Assembly: GCF_034005705.1 (NCBI RefSeq)
Contig: NZ_JAVEUF010000005.1
Coordinates: forward strand, 58,469 to 122,468
Source: Sulfurimonas sp.
GTDB taxonomy: Bacteria; Campylobacterota; Campylobacteria; Campylobacterales; Sulfurimonadaceae
Length of the DNA: 64,000 nt
Direction: 5' to 3'
Each line of letters begins with the position of its first letter. The stretch's first letter is position 1. The position numbers and the translations under genes are program-made. Of the stretch, positions 29,382 through 38,543 are shown one piece after another. The notes under the pieces were generated by a model, which saw only the letters and a list, made by a program, of their open reading frames with translations, made no database searches and was not told where the DNA came from.

Positions 29382-30176
29382 TTATATAACCTCTCTTTTT
29401 TGCTCAAATATCGGAACACATCTTTTGTGTGAGTCGTGCATGATGATGTCTGCACTGATGGAGTAAACATCTTGTATCATATCTTTGGTAATCACTTCAT
29501 GCGGTGTTCCATTTGCTATGATTTTCCCACCATTCATAACCACTACACGGCTTGATACCAAAAGTGCATGGTCTGGGTAATGCGTGGTTTTTAAAAATGT
29601 GTACCCTTGCGCACTTAGTTCGTTTATGAGTTCCAATAGTCTTATCTGATTGCCGTAATCAAGCCCTGCGACAGGCTCGTCCATGATAAAAACATTTACT
29701 TCCTGAGCGATGGCACGAGCCAAAAGCACCATCTGTTTTTGTCCGCCGCTTAGCTGTCCGAACGCTTTGTATCGCAGATGCTCAATGTTTATTTTTTCAA
29801 GCGCTTTGTTTGCCACCTCATAATCATTTGCTGATGGAAGAGCAAAAAAATCAAGTTTTGAGACTCTTCCCATAACCACCATCTCAAGAACCGTATAGTT
29901 AAAAGGCGTATTATTGTACTGCGGAATATAAGCTACATGTGAAGCTATATCTTTGTGCGAATATTTTCCAATCTCTTTGGAGGCTATTTTTATCTCCCCT
30001 TTTCCATGCAAAAGCTTTAGGATAAGCTTGATAAGCGTACTTTTTCCGCATCCGTTTGGTCCTAGCAAAGAGACGACTTCGCCTCTGTAAAGCTCTAAGT
30101 CAACACCTGCTAAAACTTGATGTTTTTTATATGAAAAATGGAGGTCTTTTACCTCTATGATGGGTTTTAGTTCCAT
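29382..30176 (-). CDS. ABC transporter ATP-binding protein (FecE/MolC-like)
   Basis: GPNGCGKS, LSGGQKQ, MDEP, TTH motifs. Confidence 0.95.
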   Translation of the reverse strand: MELKPIIEVKDLHFSYKKHQVLAGVDLELYRGEVVSLLGPNGCGKSTLIKLILKLLHGKGEIKIASKEIGKYSHKDIASHVAYIPQYNNTPFNYTVLEMVVMGRVSKLDFFALPSANDYEVANKALEKINIEHLRYKAFGQLSGGQKQMVLLARAIAQEVNVFIMDEPVAGLDYGNQIRLLELINELSAQGYTFLKTTHYPDHALLVSSRVVVMNGGKIIANGTPHEVITKDMIQDVYSISADIIMHDSHKRCVPIFEQKREVI

Positions 30177-31192
30177 GCCGCCCTCGCATTTTTTAAAACA
30201 ATTATAAAGATAGGAATTCCTATTAGCGAAGTCAAAATCCCTATCGGTATCTCAACGCTAAGAGCAAGTCTTGATACCCCGTCGGCAAGAAGCAAAAAAG
30301 CTCCTCCCGCAATAGCCGAGAGAGGAATGAGCAGACGGTGTGAGGGACCAACCGCCATGCGGATAATATGCGGTATGATAAGCCCTACCCAGCCGATAAT
30401 GCCCGCCATAACGACCGACAATGAACTTGCCAGCGTAGCAAGAACGATAGCTATGATGCGTATAAGCTTGACATTTACGCCAAGTGCTTTTGCCTCCTCG
30501 TCTCCCAAGCTCATCAAATCAAAATATTTACTCATAAATATCATGCCCGCAATGCTGATTGAAATAGGAATCGCTACAAGAAAAACTTCGTTTAGATTTG
30601 CCATAGACAGTGAACCCATAAGCCAGTAAACAATGGCAGGCAGCGTGCTGTAAGGGTCTGCAACATACTTTATGATAGAGAGCAGAGAAGTAAAAAGCGA
30701 ACCGCTGATAACACCGCCCAGAACCAGCATGACGGTTGAGCGGGAGGAGGTAACCATTGAACCTATGAACACGGCAAAACCGACCGCGATAAATCCGAAA
30801 GAAAAAGCAAATATCTGCACTAAATACCAGTGTTCGCTTAGCAGCATCCCCAAAGCCGCACCGAATGATGCTCCTGCAAGTACTCCTAAAATCCCGGGAG
30901 AGACAAGAGGATTTACAAACATTGCCTGAAAAACCGCTCCGCTTGTAGAGAGTGCCGCACCGATAAGAATAGCAAGCAAAACACGAGGAAGGCGAATCTC
31001 GGTGATAATATTGTGAATAAGTTCAATATTATAAGATTCATCTACAGGAGTTGAAAAAAGGATATTTTTTACATAGGCGGAAAATACTTCCAGACTTATA
31101 GGATACTGTCCCCAAAGCAAAGAAAAAAGTGCTAAAAAAACCAAAAGCACTCCCCCTGCGATGAGATAGCGTGTCTCTTTTGAAAAGCTCAT
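30167..31192 (-). CDS. FecCD/BtuC-family ABC permease (MolB-like)
   Basis: IRLPR, NPLVSPGILG, LGDEEAKALG, GWVGLIIPH, EIPIG. Confidence 0.95.
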   Translation of the reverse strand: MSFSKETRYLIAGGVLLVFLALFSLLWGQYPISLEVFSAYVKNILFSTPVDESYNIELIHNIITEIRLPRVLLAILIGAALSTSGAVFQAMFVNPLVSPGILGVLAGASFGAALGMLLSEHWYLVQIFAFSFGFIAVGFAVFIGSMVTSSRSTVMLVLGGVISGSLFTSLLSIIKYVADPYSTLPAIVYWLMGSLSMANLNEVFLVAIPISISIAGMIFMSKYFDLMSLGDEEAKALGVNVKLIRIIAIVLATLASSLSVVMAGIIGWVGLIIPHIIRMAVGPSHRLLIPLSAIAGGAFLLLADGVSRLALSVEIPIGILTSLIGIPIFIIVLKNARAAWN

Positions 31193-31299
31193 AGTTTAAT
31201 GGCCGCCGTATCGTCTATAACGATTTTTTCTATACTGATAGGAGCAGCCAAAAGGAGGCTTGAAGCCATCATTGAGATAAATAAAGATTTTGTTTTCAC
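31189..31299 (-). pseudogene. 36-aa remnant resembling the N-terminus (signal peptide + TonB box) of a deleted TonB-dependent receptor
   Basis: GTG-start ORF MKTKSLFISMMASSLLLAAPISIEKIVIDDTAAIKL*, GGAG RBS, 4-nt overlaps with both neighbours. Confidence 0.65.
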
Positions 31300-32288
31300 T
31301 CTTTTTCTCCTATTATTTGGTATATCTGCTCTTGTGTGAGTTCTACATCTAAAAACAGTTTATAAAATTTTTCTATTTGCGTATAGATGTCGTTTTTGTA
31401 GTGTGTTGGATGGAAGTTGCGAGCCAACCACTCTATTCCTATAATTCTCATAAAAGAAGGCGGTCTGTCTATCCAGTTAAAAGGCGTGTTGGGTACTACA
31501 TAGACTCTTTTGTTCTTCACTGCTTGCAGATGTTTCCAAAGAGGATTGGAGAGTATGGTGTTGTAAACAAGTCTGTTTTGTGCGATGATGACTTGCGGAT
31601 CATAACCCACAAGTGTCTCAAAACTAATGCGTTCAAGACCTTTTAGGTTACTTTGAGTGCATTTATGTACATTTTCTCCTCCTGCAAAGTTTAATGCTTC
31701 AACATGCATAGAGTCGCTGCACTCCGTAGCTAAACCGTCGGCTCCTTCGGCATAATAATATTTTACAGGTTCAACCTCTTGCAACATATTTTTGATATAT
31801 TCGATACGCTCTTTTGTGTAATCAGAGAGTATCTTGCCGCGTTTATGTTCATTCATGGCTTTGGCGGCTGTCAATATAGAAGAGGGCATAGACTCTATCT
31901 TTCTAAAAGGGATTGTTATACTGGGTATTTGAGCTTTTCTTATCTGCTCTTCAACGCGTTTGTAAAAATAAACATCTTCCCAGATTAAAATAAGATCAGG
32001 ATTGTGTTTTATGATAGTCTCTAAATTTATCCCTTGTCCTGAGCCGGGAAACGACCCTATGACGGGAAGTTCTAAAAAACTCTGTTTTAAAAACCTCACT
32101 TCGGCATTATTGTTGATATTGTTCGCATAAAAGTTCAAACCGACCATCTTGTTCGGGTTTATAGCGTAAATGAGATAGTTCATCGGAGGAGAAGAGCCAA
32201 ATACTTTTTTGGGATTTTCATTTATAACTTTTGAGTGTAATGTAAAACTTAAAATCAGTAAAAGAAGAGTAATTGTTTTTTTTAACAT
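31296..32288 (-). CDS. Periplasmic binding protein, class III
   Basis: NLETIIKHNPD, AVKNKRVY.VP..PFNWIDRPPSFMRIIG; paralog of 26765-27745. Confidence 0.92.
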   Translation of the reverse strand: MLKKTITLLLLILSFTLHSKVINENPKKVFGSSPPMNYLIYAINPNKMVGLNFYANNINNNAEVRFLKQSFLELPVIGSFPGSGQGINLETIIKHNPDLILIWEDVYFYKRVEEQIRKAQIPSITIPFRKIESMPSSILTAAKAMNEHKRGKILSDYTKERIEYIKNMLQEVEPVKYYYAEGADGLATECSDSMHVEALNFAGGENVHKCTQSNLKGLERISFETLVGYDPQVIIAQNRLVYNTILSNPLWKHLQAVKNKRVYVVPNTPFNWIDRPPSFMRIIGIEWLARNFHPTHYKNDIYTQIEKFYKLFLDVELTQEQIYQIIGEKE

Positions 32289-32301
32289 GTTGATACCTTA
32301 A

Positions 32302-32616
32302 TCATGATGTTTGTTTATTCAGAGCATATATAAATCTAGTGAAACAATTTTTTTGTTTTGTGTCTATGGTTTGTTTTGGACATTTAACAGGATAATACAG
32401 AGAAAAAGAAGAAGGTAACTTCATTTTGTAGAGCAGCACATAAAAAAATAGTTCACTAGATATCTGAGGCGTAAACGCCTCAGAAGATAATACGCTGTTT
32501 TTAATATGCCGTACTATCTTCTGAAGAGTTGTTTCATGCTTGGACAAGTTTTTATTTTTTAAACCAATATAATTATATATCTTTTTTGATATAACGATAA
32601 ATACTTTATCCGACAT
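32302..32616 (-). CDS. Hypothetical 104-aa leader ORF (possibly non-coding or degenerate)
   Basis: Strong AAGGAG RBS before ATG but no recognisable domain; overlaps hairpins and an operator-like site. Confidence 0.3.
   Translation of the reverse strand: MSDKVFIVISKKIYNYIGLKNKNLSKHETTLQKIVRHIKNSVLSSEAFTPQISSELFFYVLLYKMKLPSSFSLYYPVKCPKQTIDTKQKNCFTRFIYALNKQTS
32571..32598. promoter_or_regulatory. Putative ModE operator (one perfect half-site)
   Basis: aattaTATAT-N8-ATATAACGAT. Confidence 0.6.
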
Positions 32617-32658
32617 TTTTATCTCCTTGTATTAAATATAGTCTAAATACAAAAAAAT

Positions 32659-32686
32659 ATCGTTGTATCTTGTAAGACATAACGAA
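32659..32686. promoter_or_regulatory. Putative ModE operator
   Basis: ATCGTTgTAT-N8-AcATAACGAa, near-consensus palindrome between modE and the operon. Confidence 0.8.
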
Positions 32687-32726
32687 TGATAATCAAATAT
32701 TTCTTAAAGTTTTATTTAACTCTAAA

Positions 32727-33503
32727 CTATAAACCTATTATTATATTATTGGTATTTATAAGTGCAAAAGCTTTAGAGCCTATTTTTAAAGAAGCGGCAT
32801 CCTCTTTATTTAAAAGGGCGGTAAGCGTTATATGTTCGTTGATTTTAAAAGATACTTCCAAAGAGTCTTGAGATATTTCTATTAGTTCTATATCGCCTTT
32901 TAAAATGTTTATGTTCTTGTTTGAAGCAGGTGTTTCATTTACGATATTTATGTCGCTAGATTTGATGATGGCGTAGACTTTGCTTCCTACATGTAAGCCC
33001 ATGTTTTTTATAGATTTGGTTGTTATACTTGAGGTTAAAGAGCATCCCCCAAAAAGAGAGAGTTCGATATATGCGTTTAAGCCGTTGAATTTTATCTCTT
33101 TTATCGTAGAAGGAAGTTGATTTCTGGCACTAGTGGTTAAGAAGGTTCTTGCTAGTATTTTGGCTAAATGTTCAGGGTCATCACCTGCTTCGGCAAAACG
33201 GTTGATGAACTCTCTATGCAGCTCATTTAGACGGTTATATGTTTCGATAAGTTTATGTGCGTAAGGAGTAAGTGTCGTTCCGCCTCCGCCTTTTCCTCCC
33301 GTTGTTCTTGTAATAAGCGGCTCGTCTGCAAGGTTATTCATTGAATTTATACGCTCCCAAGCTGCTTTATAACTCATTTTCATCTCTTTTGCCGCAGCAT
33401 TTATAGAACCTGTCTTTTCTATAGTTCTTAATAGTTCGACCCTGCCTGAACCTAAAAAGCTCTCATTGTCTTTTGTCAGCCAAAAACGACCGTCTATCTT
33501 CAT
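32727..33503 (-). CDS. modE: Molybdate-responsive transcriptional regulator
   Basis: wHTH GSINAAAKEMKMSYKAAW, TGGKGGGGTTLT, C-terminal TOBE pair starting TSARNQL. Confidence 0.96.
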   Translation of the reverse strand: MKIDGRFWLTKDNESFLGSGRVELLRTIEKTGSINAAAKEMKMSYKAAWERINSMNNLADEPLITRTTGGKGGGGTTLTPYAHKLIETYNRLNELHREFINRFAEAGDDPEHLAKILARTFLTTSARNQLPSTIKEIKFNGLNAYIELSLFGGCSLTSSITTKSIKNMGLHVGSKVYAIIKSSDINIVNETPASNKNINILKGDIELIEISQDSLEVSFKINEHITLTALLNKEDAASLKIGSKAFALINTNNIIIGL

Positions 33504-33643
33504 GTCAAATACCTTTTATAAAAAAATAGTTAGTATATTTTAAAGTGCGGTCATTATAGTATCAAAATTAACTTTTGTAAATATTCAAGCTTTACTTATA
33601 AAAAACCGTTATGAAAATAATGTCAAAATATATATAATATATT

Positions 33644-34255
33644 TCATACAATCCTAGGCAGATGCCATCTTCTGTTATAGGCTAAAAGCCTTAGCGCTAT
33701 GCTAAAGAGTGCGGTTGTGAGGATACTAAACTCATTAACAACGTCAAAAATGCTAAGCGTGCCTAAGATAAGTGCAACTATGACCGCAATGGAGCCGTAA
33801 AAATCACTGATAAGCACTGCTGGGACCTGGTTTATCATAATGTCTCTTGCAACCCCTCCGCCTACTGCGGTAATAAAGCTTAGTATCACTATGCCAAAGA
33901 AGTTAAACTCTGCATCTATCGCCATCAGCGCGCCTGTGATGCTAAATGCTACAAGCCCTATCGTGTCGCTTACTACAAATATCCATCCTCTCTCAATGGA
34001 GTCTTTTTTGTATATTTTAAATATAAACACCAAAGCGATTGTAATTGTGAGCGTTAGCGCGGGATGAATGTAGGTAAAGGCAAATGGCGGAGTGCTCAGA
34101 ATAGCATCGCGTACTATCCCGCCGCCAAGAGCGGTAAGTGTTGCTGCTATAAGTATGCCGAGTATATCAAGATTGTTTTTTATGGCGATCAAAAAACCGC
34201 TTATGGCAAAAGCGGTAATGCCCAAAATGTCCGCAAAAATAAAATATTCAGGCAT
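33644..34255 (-). CDS. TRIC/YadS (UPF0126) family membrane protein
   Basis: Duplicated TALGGGIVRD / TAVGGGVARD motifs. Confidence 0.9.
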   Translation of the reverse strand: MPEYFIFADILGITAFAISGFLIAIKNNLDILGILIAATLTALGGGIVRDAILSTPPFAFTYIHPALTLTITIALVFIFKIYKKDSIERGWIFVVSDTIGLVAFSITGALMAIDAEFNFFGIVILSFITAVGGGVARDIMINQVPAVLISDFYGSIAVIVALILGTLSIFDVVNEFSILTTALFSIALRLLAYNRRWHLPRIV

Positions 34256-34783
34256 CTATTTTTGGTAGTGAGATTTAAACTCTACATAGCGTGAAGCAGA
34301 AGCATAAAGCTCTTTTATCTCTTCATCGCTTAGCTCTCTGATTACTTTTGCAGGGCTTCCCATGATAAGCGAGCGTGGCGGAAAAACTTTATTTTTTGTC
34401 ACAAGTGCGCCAGCTCCCACAATAGACTCTTTTCCTATAACTGCACCGTCAAGGATCGTCGCGCTCATACCGATAAGACAAGCGTCTTCGATTGTGCATC
34501 CGTGAAGCATTACGCGGTGACCGATTGTCACGTCACTGCCGATAATTGTCGGGTTTCCGTCGCTTCTGTCCGCTTTTTTGTGGTGTGTGACATGAACCAT
34601 GCTGAGGTCTTGTATGCTTACGCGATCACCTATCTTTATATAGTGGACATCGCCTCTCACAACGGTTCCAAACCAGATGGAGCAATCCTCTCCGCACTCG
34701 ACATCTCCTATGACATCGGCAGAAGGTGCTATCCATGTGTTCTTTCCGATCTTTGGACTCATATCTTTAAAATCGTACAGCAT
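34256..34783 (-). CDS. Gamma carbonic anhydrase family protein
   Basis: Hexapeptide repeats, VVRGDV, IQD..MVH, IGHRVMLHGC. Confidence 0.93.
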   Translation of the reverse strand: MLYDFKDMSPKIGKNTWIAPSADVIGDVECGEDCSIWFGTVVRGDVHYIKIGDRVSIQDLSMVHVTHHKKADRSDGNPTIIGSDVTIGHRVMLHGCTIEDACLIGMSATILDGAVIGKESIVGAGALVTKNKVFPPRSLIMGSPAKVIRELSDEEIKELYASASRYVEFKSHYQK

Positions 34784-34785
34784 GA

Positions 34786-36885
34786 TTACAGCTCCTGTTT
34801 AAATATATTGCTTGAGAGCTCTTTGACTAATTGAGCACTCTCTTTTGTCGAGGCTTTTGCTATCTTGTTTGCATAATCTTCCAGATACTTATGGTTGTCT
34901 ATGACCTTTGCATCATCAGATTTTATTTTTTTGTATGAACCGTCACTTTGAAGTTCGTGCGCGAGAGTGTTATCTGCACATTGAAGTTCTAGTATCTGAA
35001 TTATCTTCTCTTTTGCGGTTTTATCTTTTATGGCGGTTAAAAGCTCTATGCGTCTCATTAGGTTTCTCGGCATCCAATCCGCACTTGAGATATATACTCC
35101 TGCTTCGTCGTTCTTAAAGTAAAAGGTTCTTGCGTGTTCAAGATATTTTCCAAGGATGGAGATGACTCTTATATTTTCGCTCACACCTTCTATGCCCGGT
35201 TTTAGACAGCAGATACCGCGTATGATCAGGTCGATCTTTACTCCTGCTTGACTCGCCTTGTAGAGCGCTTTTATGACATCATCGTCAACAAGTGAGTTAA
35301 GTTTTGCGATTATACGCCCTTCGCTCTTTTTTCTCGTCTCGTTTTGTATAAGCGATAAAACTTTAGGTTTTATTTGAGACGGCGACATATATAGCTCGTT
35401 AAGTTTGCCTTTTTTGCTGAAGCCGGTCAGAAAGTGAAAAAACCTCGTCATATCGTTTGTTATCTCATCTTTTGAGGTAAGGTAACTCATATCCGTATAT
35501 ACTTTTGAGGTGGAAGGGTTGTAGTTCCCAGTTCCCAGATGCGCATACTGTTTTAGTTTACCGTTCTTTCTTCTTGTAATAAGTGTCGCTTTGGCATGGA
35601 CTTTAAAACCTTTTATACCGTATATAACGTGTGCGCCAGCTTTTTCAAGAGCTTTTGCCCAAATAAGGTTGTTCTCTTCGTCAAACCTCGCTTTTAGCTC
35701 AACCATAACGGTTACCTGTTTGCCAGATTCGCTCGCACTCATAAGAGATTTAACAATAGGGGAATCGGTTCCTGAGCGGTAGAGAGTCATCTTTATAGAT
35801 ACTACATCAGGGTCTTTTGCAGCTTCTTGGATTAGTTTTACAACAGGGTCAAAACTCTCATAAGGGTGGTAGAGCAGAACATCCTCTTTTTCCAAAGTTG
35901 AAAAAATATTTTCGTTGTTATCCAAAGGAGGAAGAGTTTTTGGTTTGTAAGGAGCCGATAAAAGATGAGCGAAATTTTTATTTGATACGATCTGCCAAAG
36001 ACTGGAGAGGTTTAAGAAAGTATGAAATCTATATATGTCGTCTTGGTAAACGTTCGTGTGGCGGTTAAAGAAGTTAACGATCTCATCATCGCCGTTAATT
36101 CCGACTTCAAGTCTTACCATTGCACCTTTGCGGCGAAGTTTCAGTCCCTCTTCTAAAATCTCCAAAAAGTCGTCTGCCTCCTCCTCTTCGATCTCAATGT
36201 CTGCATTTCTTGTTACTCTAAAGGCTGCATATTTTATAAGTGTGTAGCCTGGAAAAAGGTCTTCGATATGTTGTGCAACAACACTTCCTATTGGGACATA
36301 TGTTCCGTTGTCGATCTCAATAAATCTCTCTAAAACTCTTGGGACACGAACTATGCCAAATCTCTCAATTGTTGTGTTGTCACTGTCTTTTAGCTTTACG
36401 ATAAGCCCGAAGCTTAGGTTGTTAAGATGTGGAAAAGGGTGCGTTGCGTCAACGGCGATAGGTATTATTACAGGGTATATGTTTTCGTTAAAATATCTAT
36501 TTAGCCTGTTCTTTTCGTGTTGGTTGAGGTCTTGATAATATTTGACTCTAATTCCCTCAGGCTCCAGCTTTTTTAAAATACCGCTCAAGCAGTGTTCTAC
36601 GACCTGCTGCTCTTGATGTAGGTACTTTCTTATCTCTCTAAGCTGCTCAAGCGGTGTCAGCTTGTCCGCACTTGAGACTATGATGCCCGCAGCGAACAGT
36701 TTTTTAAGTCCGGCAACCCTTATCATATAAAACTCATCCAGGTTTGTTCCGTAGATCGCCAGAAACTTCAAACGCTCCAACAGCGGCAGAGACTCATCTT
36801 GTGCCTGTTTTAAAACTCTTGTATTAAATTGAAGCCATGAGATCTCGCGATTGTTGTAAAGGCTCGGGTTTTTTAGATTTATCAT
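34786..36885 (-). CDS. ppk1: Polyphosphate kinase 1
   Basis: [47 protein letters not shown]. Confidence 0.98.
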   Translation of the reverse strand: MINLKNPSLYNNREISWLQFNTRVLKQAQDESLPLLERLKFLAIYGTNLDEFYMIRVAGLKKLFAAGIIVSSADKLTPLEQLREIRKYLHQEQQVVEHCLSGILKKLEPEGIRVKYYQDLNQHEKNRLNRYFNENIYPVIIPIAVDATHPFPHLNNLSFGLIVKLKDSDNTTIERFGIVRVPRVLERFIEIDNGTYVPIGSVVAQHIEDLFPGYTLIKYAAFRVTRNADIEIEEEEADDFLEILEEGLKLRRKGAMVRLEVGINGDDEIVNFFNRHTNVYQDDIYRFHTFLNLSSLWQIVSNKNFAHLLSAPYKPKTLPPLDNNENIFSTLEKEDVLLYHPYESFDPVVKLIQEAAKDPDVVSIKMTLYRSGTDSPIVKSLMSASESGKQVTVMVELKARFDEENNLIWAKALEKAGAHVIYGIKGFKVHAKATLITRRKNGKLKQYAHLGTGNYNPSTSKVYTDMSYLTSKDEITNDMTRFFHFLTGFSKKGKLNELYMSPSQIKPKVLSLIQNETRKKSEGRIIAKLNSLVDDDVIKALYKASQAGVKIDLIIRGICCLKPGIEGVSENIRVISILGKYLEHARTFYFKNDEAGVYISSADWMPRNLMRRIELLTAIKDKTAKEKIIQILELQCADNTLAHELQSDGSYKKIKSDDAKVIDNHKYLEDYANKIAKASTKESAQLVKELSSNIFKQEL

Positions 36886-36933
36886 TATAAATCCCTGTAA
36901 AATAAAATAAGGTGCAATTATACCAAATAAAGG

Positions 36934-38172
36934 TTACTTAATAATCCCAGTACCTCTATAGTTTGCGCTGTGGTATATTGTGGCACCGTTTTTTCTAGCA
37001 TAGTATCTCATAAGAAGCTTTTGCAGTGTCGGCTCAATTGATGGAGCAAACCAGGCGTTGTTGCTTATGGCTATAACAAAATCAACCTCGCCTTCATATA
37101 TCTCCTTGCACGTCGCTTCGTAACAGATAGCATTTCTAAACTTCACCCCTTTGATGGTAAAGTCGGTCGGCTCGGTTGCGGTTTTAAAGTCGGACACTCC
37201 GCCGAAAAATATTTCATTTATAAAATCCTGTGCGAATTTTGGAAGCGGAATATACTCTCCGAACGGGACTAGAACCAGCTTTTTTGCCACTTTAAAATTG
37301 CCCTCTTCAAACATATATGTCACATTGTAGTGCATACCGTTCTCACTAAGCAGAGAGCCCGCGACGATAGCTATATCATAAGAGGCTTTTTTTAGCTCTT
37401 CAAAGATAAGAGGTGCTTTGTTCATAAAAAACGGAAAAACGGACTCAGGAAATATGACAACGTCATACCCATTCTCTTTAGCCCCTCTTATTTCCTTAAA
37501 GACCAGCTCTATTGTCGGAGAGAGGCTCTCCTTTTGCCATTTTTTGTCTTGAGATATGTCGGTTGCTACAAGTTTTATCTTCAGAGGAGCATCTTTTTGA
37601 ACAGCAGGAGCAAAGTTTATGCTAAATAGAAGCAGCAGAAGCGGAAGAAATGTGTATGGTTTTTTTATGAAAGAGGGCAGTGCAAGAGAAGCGAGAATAA
37701 GAGCGAACTGATACTTCTGTACACCAAAATAGCTATCGACAAAGAGAAGCTCCATCTGCAGCCAGTTAAAATCAAAAGGCTCTACAAAGCTTAGAACAAA
37801 TAGCATTAAAGCTCTTATGAAAGCACTTCTCGTAAGTGCCAAGACGCCGAAAAAGAGCATATAGACAAGTGCAAAAAGCAGAGTTACAATAGGCTCCATA
37901 TAGCCTACGCCGTTGTATTTAAAGCTGTACCCTATCCAGTAAAACCACAAAAGACCTATAAAGAAACCGGCTACTAAAACAGCTCTTTTTGGGATGTAGA
38001 GAAGAAGCGCAAAAGCAAAAAGCCCAAAGAGCGTGTTTATGAATTTTAGAGTTATTTCGAAGTGTTCAAGATATAAAAAGGCACTGAATAAAAGAGAGGT
38101 TACGACTCCGCATATTAGATCAAAAAGAAGTGGATTATAGTTATCTCTAATGTTTTGGATCTTTTTTATCAT
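36934..38172 (-). CDS. lnt: Apolipoprotein N-acyltransferase
   Basis: TM N-terminus; FPES, K..LVPFGEYIP, ICYE, SNNAWF nitrilase-fold triad. Confidence 0.95.
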   Translation of the reverse strand: MIKKIQNIRDNYNPLLFDLICGVVTSLLFSAFLYLEHFEITLKFINTLFGLFAFALLLYIPKRAVLVAGFFIGLLWFYWIGYSFKYNGVGYMEPIVTLLFALVYMLFFGVLALTRSAFIRALMLFVLSFVEPFDFNWLQMELLFVDSYFGVQKYQFALILASLALPSFIKKPYTFLPLLLLLFSINFAPAVQKDAPLKIKLVATDISQDKKWQKESLSPTIELVFKEIRGAKENGYDVVIFPESVFPFFMNKAPLIFEELKKASYDIAIVAGSLLSENGMHYNVTYMFEEGNFKVAKKLVLVPFGEYIPLPKFAQDFINEIFFGGVSDFKTATEPTDFTIKGVKFRNAICYEATCKEIYEGEVDFVIAISNNAWFAPSIEPTLQKLLMRYYARKNGATIYHSANYRGTGIIK

Positions 38173-38199
38173 CTTTTAACGCTCTGTTTTTTGGTTTGA

Positions 38200-38244
38200 A
38201 TTATAGCACCATTCAGTCTTTTATTAATATAGTTCTTGTATAAT
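38200..38244. promoter_or_regulatory. Divergent sigma70 -10 elements for lnt (minus, TGCTATAAT 38200-38208) and yajC-secDF (plus, TATAAT 38239-38244)
   Basis: Consensus hexamers about 30 nt upstream of each start. Confidence 0.55.
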
Positions 38245-38276
38245 CGCCGCAATTTATTCAAAGGAAACCCGGACTC

Positions 38277-38543
38277 ATGGAAATAATAAGTCAACTACTC
38301 CCGTTTATAATACTCATCGCGATTATGTACTTCATAATCATCCGCCCGCAGCAAAAAGCGGCAAAAACTCATCAGGAGATGGTAACATCTCTGAAAAAAG
38401 GCGACAAGATAGTCACTATCGGCGGAATTATATCGACTGTTTATAAAGTTGAAGAGCAGTTCTTTACAGTTAAGATAAATGACGACGTAATCGTAAAGAT
38501 AACAAAAGACGCCGTTGCAAGAAAGTATGAGGATGAAGCTTAA
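38277..38543 (+). CDS. yajC: Preprotein translocase subunit YajC
   Basis: YFIIIRPQQK, LKKGDKIVTIGG. Confidence 0.96.
   Translation: MEIISQLLPFIILIAIMYFIIIRPQQKAAKTHQEMVTSLKKGDKIVTIGGIISTVYKVEEQFFTVKINDDVIVKITKDAVARKYEDEA

Noticed and set aside
29381-29470. 30-aa N-terminal extension of ModD in the ORF track
   Set aside because: Overlaps the ABC ATPase gene; ATG 29380 has an RBS and matches the family start
33590-33643. Possible ModE autoregulatory site upstream of modE (CCGTTATG)
   Set aside because: Only a half-site; no partner at the N8 spacing
12418-33643. The island as an integrative mobile element
   Set aside because: No integrase, transposase, tRNA or flanking att repeats seen at either boundary
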